Below, piece after piece: positions 25,984-33,955 of a DNA stretch of 64,000 nucleotides. The notes under the pieces are model-generated. The model was not told the DNA's origin. It saw nothing but the letters and a program-made list of their open reading frames with translations, and searched no databases. Source of the stretch: an uncultured Anaerolineaceae bacterium (GTDB lineage: Bacteria; Chloroflexota; Anaerolineae; Anaerolineales; DRMV01). Positions within the stretch are counted from its first letter, which is position 1; every line of letters begins with the position of its first letter. The translations under genes were made by a program, and so were the position numbers. The stretch is from positions 180 to 64,179 of the forward strand of contig CAYUOX010000052.1 in assembly GCA_964446575.1 (NCBI GenBank), given 5' to 3'.

Positions 25984-27678
25984 CTATGCCACGCGACCGT
26001 GCCCCAGCGCGTGGTGGGCGGCCAAATAGGCAAAGGTGAAGGCTGGCCCCAGGGTGCCACCCGCGCCAGGATACACCGGCCCCAAAGGCGCCGCGGCGGT
26101 GTTGCCGGCCGCATAAAGGCCTTGGATCACCCCGCCTTGCCGGTGACGCACTTGGCCCCACGGGGTGATCACCAGCCCGCCCTGGGTTCCCATGTCGCCC
26201 GGATACACCCGCAAGCCGTAAAAAGGGGGGCGTTCCAAGGCCGCGAGGGCCGGGTTGGGCCGGACGCGCGGGTCGGCATAATAGCGATCATACGCGCTGC
26301 GGCCTCGGCCGAAGTCAGGGTCTTGCCCCTGCTGCGCGTGGGCATTGAAGCGGGCCACGGTGCGCGCCAAGCCCTCGGCATCGATGCCCAATTGTTGGGC
26401 CAACGCGCGCACATTGGCCGCGCGTACCAGCCAGGTCTCGCGCAGCCGCGACGGAATAGCCCACCACGGCTGATAGCGCCCTGGCAGCAGCGGCCCTAAG
26501 GGATACGCGCTTCGGGCTCGGGCGTCGAGGATGAGATACGCGGGGATGCGTGGTTGCCCTTGTCGGTCAGGGGTGTACATGGCCCGCCCGACGTCCAAAT
26601 ACGGCGCGCTCTCGTTGACGAACCGCTGGCCCCACCGATCCACCAAAATCGCCCCCGGAAGCCCTTTTTCGATGACCAGCAGCCAGGCGTAGGCTGAACC
26701 TGGCACCAGCGTCACCGGGTTCCACCATAGCCGATCCAGCAGGCCTAAGGCCGCGCCAATGGCTTCTGCGGCTTGCAGTGCATCGCCCATGTCTGTGGTC
26801 GCGGCCGCGCTCCAGGCCGGGTCAGAGGGTGGGCGATGGAAGCGTTGCCGCAGGGCACGGCTGCGCGCGAACCCGCCCGCGGTGAGGATAAGCCCCCGTC
26901 GCACTCGCACCCGCAACACACCCTCGGGATGCCGCAGCACTGCACCGCGCACCTCGCGGCCACGGACGAGGATCTCTTCCAAGCGGGTCTCGAGCCAAAC
27001 AGGCGCCCCGCGAGCCTGAAGCGACGCGTACAAGCGGGCCACCAGCGCGTTGCCCAATGTCAGGCGCCCGTCGCGGCCCTGGGGGCCCTTGGGGCCGACC
27101 GTGTAGCGCACCATCTGCCGGGCCACGGTCAAGGCGCCCCGCCAGCCGCCGGCCACGGCCTGATGCGCCTCGGCCGCGGTAAGCATCACCCGGCCCAACA
27201 CCAGCGTTTGCGGATGGGGGGCGCGCAAATGACGCGCCGCGGGGCCCAGCGCGCGCCAGGGAAACGGCTCAGGCTCCAGCGTGCGACCACCCGCCATCCC
27301 GCCCGGCCGTTCTGGATAGTAGTCGGGATAGTGCGGCAGCGGCCGCGCGCGATAGTGGGTGCGACGCAGCAAATACGCTACCATACGCGGCGCGTGGGTG
27401 ACATACGCCTGGAGCATGTCCAACGGCCCGGCTTCGGGCAGGCTGCGCAGATAGGCCAACGCGCGCTCGGCATGGTCGACCACGCCGATCTGTGCCATTA
27501 GGGGGTGCTGGGGAATCCACAGCGCTCCGCCCGACATCGCGGTGGTGCCCCCCAGTACTGGCGCTTTGTCGATCAGCAGGGTTTGCGCGCCCAAATCGTG
27601 GGCCACCAGCGCGGCCACCATGCCTGCACCGCCCGCGCCAACGACCAGCACATCGACGGCCATGTCCCACGGGCTCAT
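25984..27678 (-). CDS. FAD-binding dehydrogenase, 3-ketosteroid-delta1-dehydrogenase (KstD)/fumarate-reductase-flavoprotein-like
   Basis: 'DVLVVGAGGAGMVAALVAHDLGAQTLLIDKAPVLGGTTAMSGGALWIP' N-terminus and the C-terminal 'GLYAAGNTAA...GAGGTLGPAFTFAYLAA'. ATGA overlap with the SDR gene. Confidence 0.85.
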   Translation of the reverse strand: MSPWDMAVDVLVVGAGGAGMVAALVAHDLGAQTLLIDKAPVLGGTTAMSGGALWIPQHPLMAQIGVVDHAERALAYLRSLPEAGPLDMLQAYVTHAPRMVAYLLRRTHYRARPLPHYPDYYPERPGGMAGGRTLEPEPFPWRALGPAARHLRAPHPQTLVLGRVMLTAAEAHQAVAGGWRGALTVARQMVRYTVGPKGPQGRDGRLTLGNALVARLYASLQARGAPVWLETRLEEILVRGREVRGAVLRHPEGVLRVRVRRGLILTAGGFARSRALRQRFHRPPSDPAWSAAATTDMGDALQAAEAIGAALGLLDRLWWNPVTLVPGSAYAWLLVIEKGLPGAILVDRWGQRFVNESAPYLDVGRAMYTPDRQGQPRIPAYLILDARARSAYPLGPLLPGRYQPWWAIPSRLRETWLVRAANVRALAQQLGIDAEGLARTVARFNAHAQQGQDPDFGRGRSAYDRYYADPRVRPNPALAALERPPFYGLRVYPGDMGTQGGLVITPWGQVRHRQGGVIQGLYAAGNTAAAPLGPVYPGAGGTLGPAFTFAYLAAHHALGHGRVA

Positions 27679-28673
27679 CCGACGCCTCCCCAAGCCCAGC
27701 GACGGGCCTGTCGCAGGTTCAGATAGGGCGATTGCCGCAAGAGGTAGAATCGCACCCATGGGCGCAAGGCGCGCAACCACGGGCGCCACAAACGCACCGC
27801 GCGCGCCAACTCGGCCAGATAGTCCGTGAATGTGCGCGTCTGGTAACGCAGCACGGCCTGACTTTCTGCGGTGTCCAACCAATCTGTGGGGTAGGGTATA
27901 GGCGAAAACGCGGCCGCGGGCAACATACCCAGGCCCAACGTGTCCATGATCCCTTGCACCATGTCGCGATAATACATCTGATTGGCCGGCCCGCCGCCGA
28001 TGTGCCATACTCGGCCCCACGCGGCTTCGGTTTCCAAGGCGTGGGCCACGGCCAGGGCCACATCGCGGCGATGCACGAACTCGATGCGATTGTCCAGGGG
28101 CACGTCGAACATGCCGGGGTCGAAGATCAGGCGCACGGGCAAAGCCGCGGCCAGGCGGAAGATGGCCCACGGCAGGCCAGATTGGCGCACCAACCGCTCC
28201 GCCAGCACTTTGTGCCGCGCGTAGTGCTCAACCGGCGAGGGCAGGTCGTGGACCCGGCGGGGCGGCGCGAGGTGCATGGTCCGGCCGTACACATGCAACG
28301 ACGAGGTAAACAGCAGGCGCGGGGGGCGCGGCTGAGCCTGCAGCGCGGCGATCAGTTTTTGCGTGCCGCCCAGGTTCACCGCGCGAGCCCAGACCGGCTC
28401 CTCCTCGCTGCCGCGGCCCGTGGCCGAAAGCCGCGGGATGACGAAGGCCGTGTGCACCACCGCGTCGGCGCCGGCCACGGCTGCGTGCAAGGCCGCGGGA
28501 TCGCGGATATCGCCCCACACGAACGCGACGCGCGGATAGCGCCGTCGGGCCCAGGCGCGGTTGCGGCGGGTCGGGCGCTCCAGTGCGCGCACGGTGTGCC
28601 CCCGCCGCAGCAGTTCGTCCAACACGGCTTGGCCGATGTTGCCCAGCGCGCCGGTGACCAGCACTGTGCTCAT
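27675..28673 (-). CDS. NAD(P)-dependent epimerase/dehydratase-family (extended SDR) protein
   Basis: 'MSTVLVTGALGNIGQAVLDELLRRGHTV' Rossmann motif and 'YARHK' (YxxxK). GGAGGG RBS. Confidence 0.85.
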   Translation of the reverse strand: MSTVLVTGALGNIGQAVLDELLRRGHTVRALERPTRRNRAWARRRYPRVAFVWGDIRDPAALHAAVAGADAVVHTAFVIPRLSATGRGSEEEPVWARAVNLGGTQKLIAALQAQPRPPRLLFTSSLHVYGRTMHLAPPRRVHDLPSPVEHYARHKVLAERLVRQSGLPWAIFRLAAALPVRLIFDPGMFDVPLDNRIEFVHRRDVALAVAHALETEAAWGRVWHIGGGPANQMYYRDMVQGIMDTLGLGMLPAAAFSPIPYPTDWLDTAESQAVLRYQTRTFTDYLAELARAVRLWRPWLRALRPWVRFYLLRQSPYLNLRQARRWAWGGVG

Positions 28674-29269
28674 GGGGAACCCTCCGGTGCGGCCGCGGCC
28701 GGCGCGGTGTCGGCGAGCAGCCGCTGCAGCCCTGTCTGCAGCACTGCGGTGTCGTGGGCCGCGGGGTCGTGCAGCGTAGCCCGCAGTAGCACACCCGTGG
28801 CAAAGGCCACCAACGCGCGCGCGGTTTGAGCAGGGCTTCGATGGCCGGCCCGCCGCAGATAGTCGGCCAAGATGTGCTCGAAGCCGCGAAAGGGCGCGAT
28901 GACCTGCGGCCGAATGGTGGGGTCGTGCGCGGCTTGGTGCCAGAAGGTCAGCAGCAGCGGAATGCGGCTTTGCGTATCGCGCAGGGCTTGGGCGAAAGTC
29001 TGGGCCATGGCCGCGCGCGCGGCGCGCCAATCCGCGGCGTGGGCGAGGGCGGCGCGCAAGCCGTCCTCCAAGCGCTGCACCCACGCTTCCAGCACGGCCT
29101 GAAAGATGGCCTGTTTGGATGGGAAGTGGTGGTAAAACGCGCCTTTGCTCACGCCGGCCCGGTGGCAAATTTCGGCCACGCTGACGGCATCGTATCCGCG
29201 CTGGGCAAAGGCCTCTTCGGCCGCGCGCAACAGGCGGCCTCGGGTGCGTTGGGGTTGTTTCGGGGGCAT
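28670..29269 (-). CDS. TetR/AcrR-family transcriptional regulator
   Basis: 'RLLRAAEEAFAQRGYDAVSVAEICHRAGVSKGAFYHHFPSKQAIF' TetR HTH. ATGA overlap with the SDR gene. Confidence 0.92.
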   Translation of the reverse strand: MPPKQPQRTRGRLLRAAEEAFAQRGYDAVSVAEICHRAGVSKGAFYHHFPSKQAIFQAVLEAWVQRLEDGLRAALAHAADWRAARAAMAQTFAQALRDTQSRIPLLLTFWHQAAHDPTIRPQVIAPFRGFEHILADYLRRAGHRSPAQTARALVAFATGVLLRATLHDPAAHDTAVLQTGLQRLLADTAPAAAAPEGSP

Positions 29270-29313
29270 GGTGGGGTGCTCCTGGTGAAGGCCCTCGGGC
29301 GGGCCTCTTCTTC

Positions 29314-29338
29314 ATTCCGACCGGTCGGTATGATTGTA
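29314..29338 (-). promoter_or_regulatory. TetR-operon -10 box (TACAAT) plus palindromic operator candidate
   Basis: Minus strand has TACAAT (29338..29333), immediately followed by ATACCGACCGGTCGGAAT. The core CCGACCGGTCGG (29317-29328) is a perfect 12-bp palindrome overlapping the predicted +1. Confidence 0.5.
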
Positions 29339-29440
29339 ACACGCTTAAGTCTTCTCGTCCACCGCACCAGCCGGGCCCGCGAGGCCCCGGATTTGCGGCC
29401 CCGTGTTCAAGCCAGGCCCGCGCGCAGGCTCTCGGCGAGG

Positions 29441-30310
29441 TCAATTGGGCTCCGCGGCCGGCGCTGCCTGGGCACCAGGCTCGCGGCTATGACGCGGATA
29501 AGTACCCAACACGCGCAGGAACGCCGCGATTTCAGCCAGATGATGCAGCGCGCGCTGTCCGGCCCCTTGATGGGCATGACCCAAGAAGTCCAGATAGAAG
29601 CGATATTCCCAGGGGTGGCCCGGCAGGGGCCGCGATTCGATTTTGGTCAGGTTGATGTCGCGCAGGGCGAACACGCTCAACGCTTTGAACAGCGCGCCAG
29701 GCTGATGGGGCAGCGTGAACACGATGGAGGTCTTATACCCTTGCGGGGGCTCGGGGCCTTGGTAGGGATGTCGTGCGATGACCAAGAAGCGGGTGAAGTT
29801 GGCGGGGTTGTCTTCCAGGCCGGCTTTGAGGATGGTCAGGCCATAGACTTCCGCGGCCCGACGGGAAGCGATGGCCGCCATGTCGGTGCGTCCGCTTTCG
29901 CGCAATGCCCGCGCCGCGCCCGCGGTGTCCTCCGCGGGGATGGGCTCCAAGCCCAGGGCTTGCAGGGAGTTCTCGCATTGGGCCAGTGCCTGGGGGTGCG
30001 AAGCCACATAGCGCACCTGGTCCAGTGAAACGCCTGGCAACGCGAGCAGGTAGTGCCGCACCCGGAAGGGGTATTCCCCCACAATGTGCACGGGGTAGCG
30101 CAGCAGCAGGTCGTAATTGCGATGGATGCTGCCGGCCAGCGAGTTCTCGATGGGAAGCATGCCGAAGTCGGCGCGGCCGTCGGTGACCGCTTCGAACACA
30201 TCCTCGAAGCGGCGGCAGGGCAGGGTTTGCGGCGGCTGGGGGAAGAACTCCCAAGCCGCGGCTTCGCTGTAGGCACCGGGTTCGCCTTGGAACGCGACGA
30301 TGGGGGGCAT
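29441..30310 (-). CDS. pheA: Prephenate dehydratase
   Basis: 'IVAFQGEPGAYSEAAA...LPIENSLAGSIHRNYDLL' PDT domain and the C-terminal ACT domain 'TSIVFTLPHQPGALFKALSVFALRDINLTKIESRP'. AGGAGG RBS. Confidence 0.92.
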   Translation of the reverse strand: MPPIVAFQGEPGAYSEAAAWEFFPQPPQTLPCRRFEDVFEAVTDGRADFGMLPIENSLAGSIHRNYDLLLRYPVHIVGEYPFRVRHYLLALPGVSLDQVRYVASHPQALAQCENSLQALGLEPIPAEDTAGAARALRESGRTDMAAIASRRAAEVYGLTILKAGLEDNPANFTRFLVIARHPYQGPEPPQGYKTSIVFTLPHQPGALFKALSVFALRDINLTKIESRPLPGHPWEYRFYLDFLGHAHQGAGQRALHHLAEIAAFLRVLGTYPRHSREPGAQAAPAAEPN

Positions 30311-30320
30311 GGGGCACCTC

Positions 30321-30358
30321 CTGAAAAGCAAAACGCCCGGCCGGGAGGGCCGGGCGTT
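30321..30358 (-). terminator. Rho-independent terminator after the SBP gene, abutting the pheA SD
   Basis: 11-bp stem AACGCCCGGCC / GGCCGGGCGTT (30332-30342 and 30348-30358). It is followed on the minus strand by TTTTGCTTTTC, which runs directly into the AGGAGG of pheA. Confidence 0.75.
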
Positions 30359-30377
30359 GTCGGCGGATTGCCGAGGG

Positions 30378-31565
30378 TTATTGGCCCATCTCCGGCGGGC
30401 ACACCATCTTGTATTGCTCAAACTCGTGGTTCTCGTTGATGCGCACGATGATGGCGCACTTGATGGGGTCGCCTTCTTCGTTGAAGCGCATCTTGCCCGT
30501 CACGCCGTCGAACTCGGTAATGCCGGCCAGGGCGTCGCGGATGCATTGGCGATCTTGCGCCACGTCACCCGTCAGTTGGCCGCATTGCTCGATCGCGGTC
30601 TGCAGCAGGTGCACCGAGTCCCAAGTCAGCGCGGCCACATCATCGGGCAGTTCACCATACTTGGCCTCGAACGCGTCGATGAATTCCTTGGTCTTGCCCG
30701 TGGCGCCCTTGGTGGCCCAGTGGGTGCTGAAGAAGTAGCCCACACAGTCGTCGCCGCACAGTTTCATCAGTTCCGCGGAGCCCCACGAGTCGCTGCCCAG
30801 GATGGGCTTGTCCCAGCCCAGGTCCTTGGCCTGTTTGACGATCAGCGGCACCTCGCTGTAGTACTGCGGCGTGAACAGCACATCGGCATCGGAGTTGATG
30901 ATGTTGGTCAATTGCGCGCTGAAGTCCTTGTCGCCGGTGGTGAAGGACTCAAACGCGACCACTTCCATCCCCAAGTCTTCGGCCGCGGCCTTGAAGAACT
31001 CGGCCAAGCCCTTGGGGTAGTCGCTGGCGATGTCGTAGAGCACGGCCACCTTTTGGGCGCCGAACTCGTCTTTGGCGAACTGGGCGAGCACTTGACCCTG
31101 GAAGTCATCCAAGAACGCGGCCCGGAACACGAACGGCCGACCCAGGGTCGTGCGCGGGTTGGTGGACCAGGGGCTGATCATGGGGGTCTTATGCTTGTCG
31201 GCCACTTCGCCCGTGGGCACGGCTTGCTTGGACGAATAGGGGCCGATGATGGCCAGCACCTGGTCTTCGGTGATCAACTTGGTGGCAGCGGCCACGGCCG
31301 ATTCGGCCTTGGCCTCGTTGTCTTCGTGGATCACCTCGACGGTGTACTCGACGCCGCCCACGGTGATTTTGCCGCCGATTTCTTCCAACCACATCTCAAT
31401 GGCCCGCTTGCCGTTTTCCCCCACCTTGGGGATGTCGCCGGTCATGGGCGCCACATGTCCGATCTTAATCACGCCGCCGTACGCGGCCCGGGGCGCCCGC
31501 TGACAACCACCCACCAAAGCGGCTACGGCCAGCACGACCAGTACCCAAAAGGCCCATCGTCGCAT
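30378..31565 (-). CDS. ABC transporter substrate-binding lipoprotein (LivJ/branched-chain amino acid-binding family)
   Basis: Lipobox 'ALVGGC'. 'IKIGHVAPMTGDIPKVGENGKRAIEMWLEE...IIGPYSSKQAVP' is type-I periplasmic binding fold. GAAGGAGGAG RBS. Confidence 0.88.
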   Translation of the reverse strand: MRRWAFWVLVVLAVAALVGGCQRAPRAAYGGVIKIGHVAPMTGDIPKVGENGKRAIEMWLEEIGGKITVGGVEYTVEVIHEDNEAKAESAVAAATKLITEDQVLAIIGPYSSKQAVPTGEVADKHKTPMISPWSTNPRTTLGRPFVFRAAFLDDFQGQVLAQFAKDEFGAQKVAVLYDIASDYPKGLAEFFKAAAEDLGMEVVAFESFTTGDKDFSAQLTNIINSDADVLFTPQYYSEVPLIVKQAKDLGWDKPILGSDSWGSAELMKLCGDDCVGYFFSTHWATKGATGKTKEFIDAFEAKYGELPDDVAALTWDSVHLLQTAIEQCGQLTGDVAQDRQCIRDALAGITEFDGVTGKMRFNEEGDPIKCAIIVRINENHEFEQYKMVCPPEMGQ

Positions 31566-31614
31566 CGTTCTCCTCCTTCGGGGATTTGGAGCGTGGCGGA
31601 TAAAGGCACTTTTC

Positions 31615-31643
31615 AGTTTAGAGGATGGGCGCTTTTTTGTCAA
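31615..31643 (-). promoter_or_regulatory. Promoter of the SBP gene (TTGACA-17 nt-TAAACT)
   Basis: Minus strand has TTGACA (31643..31638), a 17-nt spacer, and TAAACT (31620..31615). Confidence 0.55.
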
Positions 31644-31839
31644 GGTGACGGTCTGATTTTGATATAATGCCCTGACCGTTGAAGAATCGATGATGGATTG
31701 GGCTTTTCTGGGCCAGGGAACAGTGATTTTGGCGCGCGTGCGCCCGCGAGCGCGCGTGACCGCCGCGTGCCAGGGTCGCCACGCGCGCCGGGGCCAGGTT
31801 TCGGCCTGGCCCCGGCGACGGCTACCGCGCGTTCGGGGT

Positions 31840-33177
31840 TCAGGCGGTTTCCAGATAGCGCGCCACCTCCCAGTCGGTCACTTGCATGCGATATTCGGCC
31901 ACCTCGGCCTTCTTGGCCCGCATGAACGCGGCGTACAAACGCTCGCCCAGCGCGGCCTGAAGCACCTCGTCGCGCTCCAATTCGTCCAAGGCCTCTTCCA
32001 GCGAGCCTGGCAGGGATTGCACGCCTTTGGCCCGCCGCTCTTCTTCGCTGAGTTCATACAGGTTGATGTGGTCCATCGCGGGCGGCGGTGTCAACTTCCG
32101 ATCGATGCCGTCCAGGCCCGCAGCCAGCATGGCCGCGAAGGCCAAATACGGGTTCGCGGAGGGATCGGGGAAGCGCAGTTCCATTCGCACGGACTTGGAT
32201 TTGCCCTCTTTGGGCCGCGGAATGCGCACCAAGGCCGAGCGGTTGATTTGGGCCCAGGCGATGTACACCGGCGCTTCGTAGCCGGGCACCAGGCGCTTGT
32301 AGGAGTTCACCGTGGGCGCCACTACCGCGGTCAGCGCACGCGCGTGGGCCAATTGCCCGGCCAAGAACGCGTATGCCAAATCGGAGAGCAAATAGGGGTC
32401 GTTGGGCGCGTAGAACAGATTGTTTCCTTGCGTGTCGAACAAGGATTGGTGGCAGTGCATGCCGGAGCCGTTGATGCCATACACGGGTTTGGGCATGAAC
32501 GACGCGATCAAGCCGTGTTGATGCGCGATGGCCTTGACGGTGTATTTGAGGGTGACCACGTTGTCCGCGGCGACCAGGGCATCGGCAAAGCGAAAGTCGA
32601 TTTCGTGTTGCCCCAGCGCGACTTCGTGATGGCCCATTTCGATGTCCAGGCCCATGCTGGTGAGCGCGTCCATGAGTTGCGTGCGCACGCGCACGGCTTC
32701 GTCGTTGGCCGAAAAGTCGAAATATCCCCCCACATCATGGGGCACGGGCCGCACTGCATCGCCGTTGCGCTTGAACAAGAAAAACTCGGGTTCGGGCCCG
32801 ATGTTGTAGATCCAGCCCCGGGTTTCGCGCAGGCGGGCCAACATGCGCTTGAGATTGCCGCGCGGGTCACCGACAAAAGGTGTGCCGTCGGGCAAGTAGA
32901 CATCACAGAAAATGCGGGCCCGGCGCCGTTCTTCAGGCGTCCAAGGCAGCACCGCATAGGTGTCGATGTCGAGCACCAAACGCATGTCGCTTTCTTGAAT
33001 GCGCGCGAACCCCTCGATGGACGAGCCGTCGAACCACACGCCGTCTTCTAAGGCTTCGGGCAATTTGCTGACCGGAATGTCAACGCTTTTGACCGCGCCG
33101 GTCACATCGGTAAATTGCAGAGAGATGAAGCGAACGCGGTCTTCACGCACGCGGGTCATCAGTTCGTCGCGGGTCAT
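31840..33177 (-). CDS. glnA: Glutamine synthetase, type I
   Basis: 'VRFISLQFTDVTGAVKSVDIP', 'FDGSSIEGF' and 'GSGMHCHQSLF' motifs. GGAGGTG RBS before the ATG at 33177. The upstream 67 codons of the track ORF were rejected. Confidence 0.95.
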   Translation of the reverse strand: MTRDELMTRVREDRVRFISLQFTDVTGAVKSVDIPVSKLPEALEDGVWFDGSSIEGFARIQESDMRLVLDIDTYAVLPWTPEERRRARIFCDVYLPDGTPFVGDPRGNLKRMLARLRETRGWIYNIGPEPEFFLFKRNGDAVRPVPHDVGGYFDFSANDEAVRVRTQLMDALTSMGLDIEMGHHEVALGQHEIDFRFADALVAADNVVTLKYTVKAIAHQHGLIASFMPKPVYGINGSGMHCHQSLFDTQGNNLFYAPNDPYLLSDLAYAFLAGQLAHARALTAVVAPTVNSYKRLVPGYEAPVYIAWAQINRSALVRIPRPKEGKSKSVRMELRFPDPSANPYLAFAAMLAAGLDGIDRKLTPPPAMDHINLYELSEEERRAKGVQSLPGSLEEALDELERDEVLQAALGERLYAAFMRAKKAEVAEYRMQVTDWEVARYLETA

Positions 33178-33681
33178 AAGCACCTCCAAAAAAGGAATGA
33201 GATAGCCTCTTGTGGCCGGGCCTGGCCGGAAGACCACGGTTTCTCGAGCCCAGGGCGGGTTGGCTCGAGGCGCCTGTTTAAAGCAAACAGGCACGCCGGG
33301 CGTGCCTGCGGGTTTGCGTTCCCATTGTAAACGGCCGCCCCTTCCAAAGCGCGCGACCAGGGCCATGCCCTGGGCCACTGGGCCGGCCTTGGCCCACCCG
33401 TCGCCGGATGGTTTTCAGCACGGCCCTTTGCCGGAAGGGGAAGAGCGAGGCCCGTGGCCAGGCCTCGGAGGCATCCGCTGAACTGTCCGATTTTCCCCGG
33501 CGGTGGAGCCGGTGCCACGTCCAGGGGATACACCCTGGCCCATCGCACCGACCGCTCGGGTTAGCACTCCCCTCGCGGGGAGGAACCTCCACCTCGTAGC
33601 CTCACGGTGCTGCAAAGAGATACCCGTGAGGCCCAGCCGCTACTCTTCCTATGCGGTTGTTGTGGGCCTGGAGCCCAATTG
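33178..33681 (-). ncRNA. Long, highly structured 5' leader or independent ncRNA upstream of glnA (unclassified)
   Basis: It lies downstream of a consensus promoter. Perfect stems include 33600-33631, 33567-33582 (GNRA-type loop GCGA), 33357-33373 and 33243-33269. An intrinsic terminator lies at 33276-33308. No convincing ORF is present. Confidence 0.4.
33276..33308 (-). terminator. Intrinsic terminator inside the glnA upstream region
   Basis: The minus strand reads CAGGCACG-CCCGG-CGTGCCTG followed by TTTGCTTTAAA, about 100 nt upstream of the glnA ATG. Confidence 0.6.
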
Positions 33682-33687
33682 CAGGCC

Positions 33688-33716
33688 ATTCTACGCGCAC
33701 TTGGGCGTCCTGTCAA
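33688..33716 (-). promoter_or_regulatory. Near-consensus promoter (TTGACA-17 nt-TAGAAT) reading toward glnA
   Basis: Minus strand has TTGACA (33716..33711), a 17-nt spacer, and TAGAAT (33693..33688). Confidence 0.6.
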
Positions 33717-33728
33717 GGGCGCGAGCGG

Positions 33729-33920
33729 GGTGTTCGAAAATTTCACCCGGGGACACGGTGAGCACGGCGGGAGGGAGTACAGAAAGGGGATTTTAGGGCA
33801 TGGAGGACCGTTGGAAAAGCAAACCGGCGTGAATTTGCCCCTTTCGCGATTTGCGCGCGATTCTGGGGGCGTTCTGCTCCGCGCTGCGGATGAGCCCGGG
33901 AGGGCATGGGGCAAAACATG
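33729..33920 (+). repeat. Dispersed intergenic repeat, copy C (3'-truncated or diverged)
   Basis: Aligns with copy A from GGTGTTCGAAAATTTCAC through GGGGCAAAAC. Similarity is lost after ~33918, near the 3' end of the GT39-like gene. Confidence 0.8.
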
Positions 33921-33955
33921 GAGAGCGCGAAGGTGTCCGGCGTCCCTCGCGCCCG

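Noticed and set aside
27675-29444. 589-aa ORF treated as a single gene
   Set aside because: Only the C-terminal 332 aa (from the ATG at 28673, with RBS) form the SDR protein. The upstream part overlaps the TetR gene in another frame and is Arg/Pro junk.
30300-33051. Plus-strand ORFs of 455 aa (30300-31667) and 453 aa (31690-33051)
   Set aside because: They are antisense to the SBP gene and glnA respectively. Both of those are unambiguous by motif content, and the plus-strand products have no recognisable features.
33178-33681. Identification of the glnA-upstream RNA as RNase P RNA, tmRNA, SRP RNA, 6S RNA or the glutamine riboswitch
   Set aside because: I could not find the universally conserved blocks. 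These include GAGGAAAGUCCGGGC and ACAGAANCCGGCUUA for RNase P, the GGGG...UCCACCA termini and tag ORF for tmRNA, and the SRP domain IV motif. The length and context also do not fit 6S or the small cyanobacterial glnA motif.
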